NCBI GenBank assembly: GCA_002269645.1
Contig: NIVC01002053.1
Location: 99,837-163,836, forward strand
Direction: 5' to 3'
Length of the DNA: 64,000 bases
Source of the DNA: Macrostomum lignano
Lineage: Eukaryota
Every line of letters begins with the position of its first letter. The stretch's first letter is position 1. A program made the position numbers and the translations under genes. Positions 1 through 11,494 of this stretch are shown piece after piece. Below the pieces are notes generated by a model. The model was given only the letters and a program-made list of their open reading frames with translations, was not told the DNA's origin and did not search any database.

Positions 1-589
1 CTTGGCGGCGCTCCCTGCTTCACGGACCGGGTCTGCCTGTCCGCAGAACCGAAGTCTCTGGATGGGGATAGGTACCGCTGCAGCAAGGGCGTCCGGCTTG
101 AGGAGTTCAGCCAGGTGGCTTTTGTGTACATTGGCTCATGCAGGGGCTTGCACCTGTATGAGCGAGTGATAGTGCACCCACAGATGTGCGTACTGCTAAC
201 ACTTGAGCATTGAATCTGTTTGTAATTACATGTATTCCTGCTGCATGTCCAGCTACATACTCAGGTGCTTTTCTACCCTGTCAATCAATGTTTTTGCAGT
301 TACAGCACCTCTTTTTTATCCAAGCACTGAATAATTACAATGGTTTTTTCTACTTTTACACTTGTTTTTGTAATGCTTTTCATAAATATGTAAATAAATT
401 AAACGGATTTTCATCTGGTCTGGTCTGAGCCTGATTGGCCCAGAAATTCAATGAAAAAGATGAAACTTTAAGCTGAAGGCTTTAATAAACATTTTCTAAG
501 GAAAAATCTTCATACACAAGGGTATGCATGGATGTGTTCAGACATAATAGTTGGTTGGCAATAGCCCCGTTTATAGTCTAATAAACTAC

Positions 590-669
590 ATGGACTACTA
601 CTGTTTAGCTGTCCATGTCAGCTAGCCCAGTATATCGCATATGCATGGTGAATCGTTGCGCACGTTAGA
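590..669 (+). repeat. 80-bp direct repeat, left flank of the LINE (target-site duplication)
   Basis: atggactact...gcacgttaga is identical to 2881-2960 except one substitution (613 C vs 2904 T). Confidence 0.9.
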
Positions 670-2880
670 GAGACTGGTGCTCTGGCGCCTACTCTCTGTG
701 GAACTGAAGAACAAGCCGCTCAGTGAGAACCAGCACGCCTTTCGGGCAGGCAGGTCCACGGAGAGCGCGCCACACGTTTTGGTTGACATGCTGGAGAAAG
801 CCGTTCTTGATAATGGCTACGCTCTCGCTGTCTTCCTCGACATTGTTGGAGCCTTCGATAATGTCCTCTTTGAGGCTTTTGACAGAGCTCTACGTGCTAG
901 AGGAACCCACTCGCACCTCACCCGGTGGATCATGTATATGATCAGCCACCGTACTGCCACCGCACACCTGTTGGGCCACCAACGGACGGTAACCGTCTGC
1001 AAAGGCAGCCCCCAGGGCGGTGTCCTCTTTCCAGTTCTCTGGAATATGGTCATCGATGAGCTCCTCCAGGACAGCCATCTTGACCCCATCCTCAAGGTCG
1101 GTTACGCCGATGATGTCACAGCCGTGGCATCCGGACAGTCACCTGAAACCCTTAGGGACCTTCTGCAAAACTTTATTTGCTCTGCTGAACGATGGGCGGA
1201 CAGGTGCGGCCTCAGGCTCTCTGAGACGCGATCATGTTCACCAGCAGGGTAAACTGGCGTATTCGCCCACAAAGCTTTACGGGGTGGAAATTCCATCCTG
1301 TAAGCAAAACAAGTGTCTCGGCGTTACGCTGGACCACCGGCTGAGCTGGTCCACCCACGTCCAGGCCAAAACCAAAAAAGCCCTCGCGATTCTTGCGCAG
1401 CTGCGCAGAGCCGTCGGCACCACCTGGGGCCTCACCCCAAAACGGCTCTGGTGGATCTACACCGCAATGCTCCGACCGGCCGTTACCTACGCCGGCCTGG
1501 TCTGGACCAGCGCCTTGCAGATTAAAACCTGCTACGAAGCCCTCAAAAAGGTGCAGGGACGCGCGTGCCGCATGATCCTGAATGCCCCGCTCTCTGCTCC
1601 CTTTGACGGCCTCAACGCCTTTCTTTGCCTCCCGCCTCTGGACATCTTTGTCCGTCGCGAGGCTGCTAAAACCACCCGCCGGCTCATCGAGGCTGGCGTT
1701 AGCTTCAAGCCACAAAGAGCGATGGCGAAGCGCAAGCTCCTGCCGCACTCTGACCTGTGCCTTAAAGTTCTGGAGGAGAGTGGGAGTGCGGCTGTCCTTT
1801 CGGACGCTGAGCCGCGCTCCCTCAGTCTCTACCAACGCTTCAAGGTCACTATCCCCTCCAGGGAGAACGCCAACGACAGCTGGGCCCCTCAGGAGGTTCA
1901 CTGCTTTACTGACGGATCCTCCAAAGACGGTTTATCCTTACCAACGGCCGCGTGATTGCTACTCACGCCCAACACACTGGCAGACTCTCCAGCGTCTTCC
2001 AGAATGAAGTCCTTGCCATCAGCTCCTGTGCAGCTGAGCTCCACTGCAGGGACTTCAAGGACAGAAGAATCTTCTTCCACTCTGACAGCCAGGCCGCTTT
2101 ACAGGCCCTGTGTCACATCACTACGAATTCCCGAACAGTCCGCGACTGTATCGGACAGCTTAACAAGCTGGCTCGGAGGAACACCGTCCGGCTCACGTGG
2201 ATCCCAGGACACGCCGGCTTTAAAGGTAACGAGCTCGCCGACTCCCTCGCTAAGGCGGGCTCTTCCGGCTCGCCCCTTGGCCCCGTGCCCCTGGCCCCCA
2301 TCCCCGCCACAGTCATTAATCGTCAGATTAACGACTGGGCGGATATCCTGCACTTGCGCAGATGGGATGGTATCTCCAACTGCCGCCAATCTCGTGCGGC
2401 AGTGCCCAATCCATCCCTCAAGCTGCGGAGAATCCTTTTGAACCAAAATCGAAAAGATATCCGCGCTCTCACTATGACCTTCACAGGTCACGATTGCCTT
2501 GCCAGGCACTGTTTCCTCCGAAGTGCCCGCCGGAGCGAACTCTGCCCTTTCTGCAACCCCGAGAACGAAGACGCCAAGCACTTCGTCTGCTACTGCTCGG
2601 CCTTCAACCGAGACCGGCTCAACTACCTCGGGCCCAACCCGTCCCTGGTCGACGTTTGCTGGCCTGAGAACATCCCACGGCTCATCCGGTTCCTCCGGGC
2701 CACCAAGCGAGCCTCCGTCTTCTCTACCGAAGACAACGCTGCAGACAGGACCGGCAGACCTCCCTGACCGGCCCCGCGCCCTAGCCTATGCGGGTCTTTC
2801 AGGGATTAGCGGAATGGGCGACGCTCGCCTCCCCGCTGCGTCTTCGGACCGCCTGCAGCTAAGTCAAGTCAAGTAAGTCA
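670..2880 (+). mobile_element. 5'-truncated non-LTR retrotransposon (RT + RNase H + C-terminal Cys/His knuckle; LOA/Lian/I-group-like), two frameshifts
   Basis: RT motifs NQHAFRAGRSTESA, FLDIVGAFDNV, GSPQGGVL, GYADDV (641-1252 frame). Continuation CLGVTLDHRLSW...WIYTAMLRPAVTYA (1020-1955 frame). RNase H CFTDGS / SDSQAAL / WIPGHAG..GNELAD and C-terminal GHDCLARH..CPFC..H..C (1952-2767 frame). Ends in an (AAGTC)n-like tail at 2860-2880. Confidence 0.93.
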
Positions 2881-2960
2881 ATGGACTACTACTGTTTAGC
2901 TGTTCATGTCAGCTAGCCCAGTATATCGCATATGCATGGTGAATCGTTGCGCACGTTAGA
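2881..2960 (+). repeat. 80-bp direct repeat, right flank of the LINE (target-site duplication)
   Basis: Copy of 590-669, starting immediately after the LINE 3' tail. Confidence 0.9.
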
Positions 2961-3799
2961 CACAATTAAAACAGTGCATTGCTTGCTCTTCAACATTGCC
3001 CTTATTGAGCAGTATAGTATCGATGCAGTCCCAGAGCAGGTTCTGCATTTACGTGACGTACACCACACACCTGCAGTTATGCACGCGGGAATGCCGCAAA
3101 AAGAATTCGCGACGTGTTTTCCGCGCGTTTCGTGCATCTCAGATTCAGTTGCTGAATATGGAAGCAGAAAAAAATGCATGGGAATTCCGTTTGCATTCTT
3201 TCGTTTCCGGTCATCCCAGATGTTGTGAAACTCGAAGAACGCTTTATTAAATGCTCGAAATGAGGCCAGGTGAAAAGTTCAAAATGTTGCTATTTTACAT
3301 GTATATCAATTTTTATATCGGATGCCCTTTTACCGTCCTTTACCGGAGAAGTACCAGTACACGGGATGCATGGCATGCAGCCCACGAAGCAGGTGTCTCT
3401 GCAGTCTGAGCCTTTTTGCGACCACGAGACTATTCGAAGCTTAGGGATTATCGAATTTATAAGTGGCTGATGGATGTACATTTTGTATCTACAGTAATAT
3501 GTATAGGCGTACACACAGGGACTACTAAATTCTATCAGTAGTCCCTGGGCGTGCATGCTGTATACAGTACTCGTATGTACATGTAGATAATATTGCCAAG
3601 GACAACTAAAGTTTCTAACTACCCCTAAATATGTATAGCATACATGCAGTAGATAGTAGGGACATTATAAATAATTGCATCACTGTATACCAGGTAAAGG
3701 TAGCGAAGAAATATAAAACTTATAATGAATGAAGTTTCTTGCAGTTTTGACAACGAGAAAACGAAACGTACATCATTTATAGACGTATGTATAGTACAG

Positions 3800-4770
3800 T
3801 TTAGTAGGCGAGTGTAGATGTCAAGGGAGTGCTCTCCCTCAAAGTACATGATGTAAATGACCCGCACTACTGAGAGCATAGTGATGTAGCCATGAAAGTC
3901 TAACGACCCATGAGCCATGAGCCATGGCAGGAGCCATGTGTAGGAGTTAAAAATCTAGTGCTAAGCGACATGTGTTTGTGTTTAGCAAAGCCTTGTCTTC
4001 TTCTAGATTTCAGCAGGTTCAGGTTCAGATTCAGATGTCGGTATCAGGCTGTAAAACGGATAAAATGCCTAATTGGCATTAAGAATAAAGGTGAAAGCAA
4101 GGACCATTGCTGTAGAGTGGTCTACAACAGTGGTCCTTGGTGAAAGGCCTGTGTAAACATACAGGCACTGTCGATTTTCACTTTCAATTGGGGCCAACAC
4201 CGACATGCGTGACGATGAGAACTTAACGTTTAGCTTGTTATACAGTTATTGTTATTTAAATAGCCGAGATAAATAATAATTAACTTAATAGTAGATTATT
4301 CCGGCTTTCCAAAGGATATGAGAAAAACACATTTTATTTAATGTACTCCACGCGAAAGCAAATTTCAGACGAATTAAAATTATTGTTTCGCAGAAAACTA
4401 CAGATCTAATTATTTAATAAAAAATGAATATCCGGATGTAGCTAAGCTAAGGTTGCTATGCTAAGGTGCAAGGTGTAACTAAGTTTTGAGAATTAAGGTC
4501 AACAGTTAGCAGTAGACTATATTACTTAGACTACTCACGGCGGGTTCTAGTAAATCTCTTTGTAAATTGGTCAATCGATAATATCAATATGTAAGATCGA
4601 GGTCAAAGATGATGAATATAGCATTGGGCCTCCAACTTCAATTGATAAGAAAAGCTTTTTATAGGAAAACTAAAGCCGTTTGTATTCCAATGTTCAATTT
4701 CTCAATAAAGACTGCATTACTTTAGCATTTTTTCCAATAGCCATAAGCCATAGGCTAGCTAGCAATACCT
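3800..4770 (+). repeat. ~1 kb repeat, direct copy of 6865-7885
   Basis: Shared blocks gtaaatgacccgca, catgaaagtctaacgaccc, ccaacaccgacatgcgtgacgatgagaacttaa and actcacggcgggttc occur in the same order in both copies. Confidence 0.85.
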
Positions 4771-4801
4771 ACAGTGTATATTTAGTACTGTATATTAATA
4801 G

Positions 4802-5340
4802 CCCTGTTCCCCCCGTCCCCATCTTTCGACGGTCATCAATCGTCAGATCGATGACTGGGCTGACTCCCATGACAGGGACAGATGGGCGGGCACCCAAAAC
4901 TGCCGGCAATCTCGTGCCGCAGTTCCGTGCCCCTCTCGCAGGCTCAGGAACGTCCTTCTGAACCAAACTCGGAAGGATATTTGAGCCCTTGCCATGACCT
5001 TTACCGGCCATGGCTACCTCGCCAGGCACTGCTTCATCCGAGGCGACCTCGAGAGTGAGCTTTGCCCCTTTTGCGAGTACGACAATGAAGTTGCTCAGCA
5101 CTTTGTCACTTCCCTTTCTTTACCAGAGACCGGCTACGCTACCTCGGGCCTAACCCGTCCATTGACGAGGTCTGCCAGCCCGACAAGCATCCCACGGCTC
5201 ATCCGGCTCCTCCGGGCGACAAGACGAGCCAATTTTTCCCCACGGAAGATCACGCTGCAGGACGGACCGGCGGACCACCCTGACCCGGCGGACCGCCTCT
5301 CTCTGCAGCTGGGGTCTCTGCATGTAGCTGGTGCCTCTGC
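4802..5340 (+). mobile_element. degenerate 3' fragment of a related RNase H LINE
   Basis: MTFTGHGYLARHCFIRG..ELCPFCEYDNE.AQHFV and IPRLIRLLRAT parallel the C-terminus encoded at 2470-2767; frameshifted. Confidence 0.85.
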
Positions 5341-5654
5341 CTGTCTGCGGGCCTTCAGGGACGGGAGTCTCCTGCATCAGTAGGCGCTAAAAATGTGTTT
5401 CCATGCAGCACTTCTGCAGATGCGGCCAGTGCTTGACAGTCTATTATATAGCTGACTCAAGCTGCGTGTCTGAGAGACTGCCGAGAATGGGAACAGTGCA
5501 GCTGGGAAATGCGAATGAAATATCAGAAAGGATTTTTTTATTACGTGTATAGTACCTGCGATCTGCGACCCATCCCTGCCTGTGGATTAGACATTCGATG
5601 AGGCATTATTACTTTATTCAGTTCAGTCATATAGTTAGTATATATCATTTAACT

Positions 5655-6235
5655 TCATTTGAGTATTCGAAAGCTGCATTTGAGTTTTTCAAAAGCATCA
5701 TTTGAGCTATTGGTACTAATCATTTGAGTACGAGCGTATTCGAAATCATCACTCGAGTTATTCGAAATCATCATTTGAGTTATTCGAAAGCATAATTTGA
5801 GTATTCGAAATCATCATTTGAGTTATTCGAAAGCATCATTTGAGTTATTCGAAAGCATCATTTCCATTTGAGTATTCGAAATCATCATTTGAGTTATTCG
5901 AAAGCATCATTTGAATATTCGAAAGCAGAATATTCGAAAGCATCATTTGAATATTCAAAAGCATCATTTGAATATTCGAAAGCTGCATTTGAGTTGTTCG
6001 AAAGCATAATTCAAGATATTCAAAGCACCTTTCGAGTTATTCGAAAGCATCATTCAAGCTATTCAAAAGCACCTTTCAAGTTATTCGAAAGCATCATTCA
6101 AGCTATTCAAAAGCACCTTTCAAGTTATTCGAAAGCATCATTAAAGCTATTCAAAAGCACCTTTCAAGTTATTCAAAAGCATCATTCAAGCTATTCAAAT
6201 GCACCTTCCGAGCTATTCAAAAGCATCATTTGAGT
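5655..6235. repeat. ~22-bp minisatellite (gagttattcgaaagcatcattt)
   Basis: Degenerate tandem copies are visible directly. Confidence 0.9.
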
Positions 6236-6339
6236 TTCGGAATCATCATTTAAATAATGTATGCATGTTACTTAATAAGTAATTATACATGTTAAGTATT
6301 TACAAGTTAAGTAATTATACATGCCTACTATATTTCAAG

Positions 6340-7885
6340 GACTAATAGGAACTTTAAGTCCTTGACTATATTATCTGCATGTACGAACGGTATACACACT
6401 GTATGAAGCATGTGTACGACCAGGACCACTGACAGAATTTAGTAGTCCCTGTGTTCGCCTATACATATTACAGTAGATACAAAATGTACATCCATCAGCC
6501 ACTTATAAATGCAATAAATGCGATCCCAAAACTTCGAAAAGTCTCGTACGTGGTCGCAAAAAGGCTCAGACTGCAGAGACACCAGTTGTTTCGTGGGTTG
6601 CATGCCATGCATCCAGTGTACTGGTACTTCTCCGGTAAAGGACGGTAAAAGTGCATCCGATATAAAAAAATGATATAAAATAGCAACATTTTGAACTTCG
6701 CATCTGGCCTCATTATGTCTGCACATGTCTGCCAACTTTATGTCAGCACACATATGCATACATACCCTTGTGTATGAATATTTTTCCTTAAAAAACATTT
6801 GTAAAGGCCTTCAGCTTAAGGTTTCCTTTTTCCATTGAATTTAAATATATCATTAGGCACAGAATTCAGTAGGCGAGGGCCGATGTCAGAGGGAGTATAT
6901 AGCTAGTGCATTTTCTTAAGTGCATGACGTAAATGACCCGCAATACTATTTAAGAGCATACTGAGTACCGATGTAGTCATGAAAGTCTAACGACCCCATT
7001 TTCCTTGGCGCAGCTAGGAGCCAGGATGTGTGGGAGTTAAAAAATCTAGTGCTTTAAGCGATATGTGTTTGTGTTTAGCAAAGTCTTGTCTTTTTCTAGA
7101 TGTCAGGTTTAGGTTCTTTTTTTAGGTTTTTAAGGGTTTAGGTTCAGATTCAGATGTCGATTTTAGGCTGTAAAACGGAAAAATCCCTAATTGGCATAAT
7201 TGGCATAAAGAATAAAGGTAAAAGGCGCCCTGATTTTCACTTTTGGTTAACGCCAACACCGACATGCGTGACGATGAGAACTTAATCTTTATATCTTGTT
7301 ATATATTTATTGTTATTTTGATAGCTAGGATAAAAGATTTTTATTTCAATAGTGGCCTTCAACTTGCCAAAGGATATGAGAAAAATGCACTTGATTTAAT
7401 GTAGTCCACGCTAAAGCAAATTTTAGACGAAATAAACTTCTTGTTTCGTAGAATACTACAATAGTTGATAAAAGATAAAATATATTACGACGTAGCGTAG
7501 CTAGCTTAGCATGCTATGCTATGCTATTGCTAATTTGCTAAGGTCTAACTAAGGACTAAGGCCAACAGCCAGCAGTCAGCTAGGCATAACTCCGCGCCAA
7601 AACTATAATTCAATACTAGTAGGCTATTTACTTAGACTAGTCACGGCGGGTTCGAGTAAATTTCTTTGTAAATCGGTCAATCGAGTTCGAGTAATATTGA
7701 TATGTGAAAATGTGAAATCGAGGTCAAAGATGATGAAGACATAGGGCTCCAACCCCAATTGGTGGGAAAAGCTATTTATAGGAAAAACTAAACCCTTTTA
7801 AATTCCAAAGGTCAATTTCTCAATAAAGTCTGTATTGCTTTAATTTTAGTATTTTTTCCTATAACCATAGGCTAGCAATACCTAT
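6340..7885. repeat. composite duplicated segment: 6340-6860 is an inverted copy of 430-548 + 3259-3620; 6865-7885 is a direct copy of 3800-4770
   Basis: The ORF track shows the same pseudo-peptide ISDALLPSFTGEVPVH on + at 3270 and on - at 6439-6798. The reverse complement of 6750-6860 matches 430-545. Confidence 0.8.
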
Positions 7886-10844
7886 AATCTAAATCTTCAT
7901 CTTATACCATACTATACTAGGCCCCTATGCTATACTTAGGGGTTGGACAAGATCTTTATCTTGATTGTCAAGATCTCGGCACTTTTCTTAATCTCAATCT
8001 TTTTTTAAGATCTCTAAAAAAGTCAATATTTGTGACTATATGACTAGGCCTATTGGTGACTACAATATTATCATATTTATGTTTGATATAGGCCTACATC
8101 TAGTTACCAACAAGCTCAATATTAATAATTGTTTTTCCTTCTATTATGATCATTGTACCATCTTATTGTTATCATGCAGCCATCTAGTGTATTCCTTACA
8201 GATTCAGCAAAATACTTAGGTCCATCTCTATTAACAACCTAGATGGAATTGATGACTAACAAGCCCTAACTATCTACTCATATGGATACAATAAAAGAAC
8301 TGCAGCCATTGCCTACATCATCCGTCACTATCATTGAGTGCTACCACTACCAAATTTGCCTCTGTTGTATTCGCCTTTGTCATTTGATCCAAAGTATGCC
8401 ATTTAATTGTCACAATTAGCACTAATAGATAGAATAGTGTAAACAGGCCTACTAGATGCTAATTAAATTAGGCTTAATCTCAAATCTTAATTGAATCTCA
8501 ATTGTCTTGAAAGCATAGATCTTGAGCCTCAAAAATCTCAAAATGTGATATTGTCTAACCGGCTAACCCCTAACTATATTATATATTGATAGCTATACAG
8601 CTATTTAAAATTTAGTTTATTTAAGTCATTCAAAAATTGATATGCCCTGTTATTTGTAGCAGAATATATAAAATCAAAAAATGTTTAAATAAAAGTAGAT
8701 CTTATAATTAGTTTAAAAATCAAATATTACAATATATATAGTCTATATAATTATTATTTAAACTAATAGACATTTAATAATTTTATGGCCTATTCATAGG
8801 GCCTAGTGTTAGTGTTTTTGAGGTAGGGCAAAGAAATAAAGATTATTTTCTCGCTTGTGGCTTGGTTGGCTGATACCAAATTGGGGTGGTTCTAACTTTT
8901 AAATTGTCACTGGCATTGAGCTCACACAAATTAAATCTGAAAAATGGTGCAAACAAATCCCAACAAAATTTCTCCTATAATACTCTGGCTGCCAGGGTCC
9001 TCAATTCTGGGGGAAGGATAGTTTTGTTGTTAGTGAGCAGTCTCCATTAGGCACAGTTGTTCAGAGTGGGTCCTTAGACACCGAATTGGATGTACATCAA
9101 ATGCTTCAAATGCTTAAATGGTTACTATGAGTAGCCTAGTGCTGCCACCATTGTTATTTTTATATTATAGAATGTTGAGGTCTCAGAGCTTTCTTTGAGA
9201 TGAAACTTGGTTATTTTATGCCCCATGGGCAAATGACTCAATATAGGCTATGGTTCTGATTAGTTAATTTGTGATTAAAGATTGTTTAATGTTTATTAAT
9301 AGTACTGAGAACTAAGGAAAATATTAGCTAGATTAAACAAGGTGACTTATTAATATTATTTTGTCAACCTAACAATCAGATGATAGTTGGCAGTACCGCG
9401 GGTGCACTAATAAATGTTAAGCAAAAGTTACACACAAGCTAATAGACTCAATCAAGTTGTACTAAAGGTTAAGTATTAATAATCAGTTAAAGTTATGAGA
9501 AAGGGAAGGGAAAGAAAAGGCAAGGTCAAGACAAGGTCAATGCCAGGGAGCATCATTAAATAGAACAAAAAGAGCAGAATGTAGACAAACAGGGACAAAC
9601 ACTGGGGACAAAACATGGACACAAAAGACCAAACATGGAAATAGAATTTTGAAATGCAGTCAAACATAGAAAAACAAAAAATAACCAAATGGGGGATGCA
9701 CAAAACCAGGGAAAGGAGCAAGGAGGCCAAACCCAGGAAGCAAGAAAATGATGAAATTTCGCCATTACGGGGCATCTTATGGTAGACAAAATGGGCCAAC
9801 CCAGGTAACAGAAAAAGGAGGGTCACAAGATGGTCTGGAAAATTAATTTCTTAGCAGAAATTTTCAGTGCATAGTAGTGCATATCAAAAGCTAACAACAA
9901 AATGAAACATCATGTATAGTACAGAATCAAATTGACATCAAGCTGACCAGTTGGAAGCAACCATCATATTTTTTACCAATTGCTAATTTTAACTCTCAAA
10001 CTGAAAAGTGCATAATGCAATAGAAAGTTTTAAATTAAAAAGCACCAATAAAAGCCAAATGTTTTATTACTTTGATTTAGTCCACATTTTACTAGATCTT
10101 CTAGTGCCACTGCATTTTTGCTATGAATTTGTCAATAACAAATATAGGGCTTGATGTAGAACTTTGTACTTTAGCTTCATGCATAGCATATGCCAAAAAT
10201 ATATTAAAATGTAGGCCTATTCCTGCATACACACAACACTTTCCTTCAGGGAGTATGGAGGCCTAGTAGCCAAAAAGTCCCAAAATCCTAATGTAGAAAG
10301 TATATTAATCCTAGTAGTATAATCATGTATTGATTAGTTCTACTTGTTTAAAATTAAAAATAGTTATAAAAGCCTAACCAATTACCAATTTCTCAGAGAA
10401 ATTATCAAGGTTCCATTTTCTAAATAAATTGCACCTCCCCTCTCCATCTCCTGTTTCCCTCCCTCTGTGTCTCTTGGCCTTCTCTCTATCTCCTTGTCTG
10501 TTTAACCACAATAATAATGGAAATTGGCATCCCAAAGAATGAACTACACAAAATATATCTCATATTTAAACATGAGCAATAAATATTTTCTCCATGATAA
10601 GCAATCTTAACATGCATAGAAACATTGTTATTCTATTATATTTGATAAAACAAACCTTTTTTGGTAAATAAAGCTCTCTTTTCATAGAAGTTAGAACAGT
10701 CTCTATAAAGTATAGATTAATTAAAAATTAAACATTGTCATAATTGAAACTCTTGTTTTAATAACAATTTATCTAGAGTTCTGGATCTATAAAATACAAC
10801 AATTATTTATAAAATTAGATATCTTTTCTTATTAGTCTCTATAC

Positions 10845-11135
10845 CAGGGGTCCCTAACCTTCTACAGATAGTAGGCCACATTTACAACTGGCTTAGGTAT
10901 GTGGGCCACACGCTCCTTCACTTCCTTTATCCCCCTCAACCCTTTTAACCCGCAACCCCTATATCCTTTACCTTGAATATTGATATTACCTAGCATTCCT
11001 TCTTACTTTTCACTTCAACTCTTGAATGCATATACATTTGTGCACTAGGAGTGGCTAAAATAGCAATCCAAATGAATTGAAGTGTCAGGAGCCACAGTGA
11101 AATCCAATGATAGACTCAGTGGGCTGAATGTAATG
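10845..11135. mobile_element. possible decayed hAT-type MITE remnant
   Basis: Begins caggggtccc and contains ggccaca/gggccaca/gagccaca motifs like the MITE at 55187. The right TIR and TSD are not recognisable. Confidence 0.35.
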
Positions 11136-11494
11136 CAAACTTATTAAATAAAGTTTAAATAATGTTTCTTAATGAAAAGCTTCCATGTCTAAGGCTACTG
11201 GTATGTCCAAAAGAATAGTAGAATTACTATTAAAAGCAACAAATTAACTAATCATGGTACTATCAAGCATTTTAAAGAACCAAAATATTAAGTTGAATAA
11301 TTGATAATTAAAATTTAATCTTATACTAATTATACTTTCAGGGCAAAACTAGTTTGAATTGCTAATTACTAAATACAATTATTTGCATTTGGTATTGGAA
11401 CTCCAAATATTTATTAATCACAGAAGTTTTTTATCGCTGGCTAACATTGAATCAGTGAATTGCAACTCTGTCCAATGTGTGCTCTGTGGCATTC

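Noticed and set aside
1-213. Open frame at the window start (LGGAPCFTDRVCL...), possible exon with donor near 114
   Set aside because: Truncated by the window edge, with no recognisable motif and no downstream exon identified; it cannot be supported.
9476-9826. Hydrophobic minus-strand ORFs in an A-rich region
   Set aside because: Compositional artefact of an A/G-rich plus strand, with no splice context or motifs.
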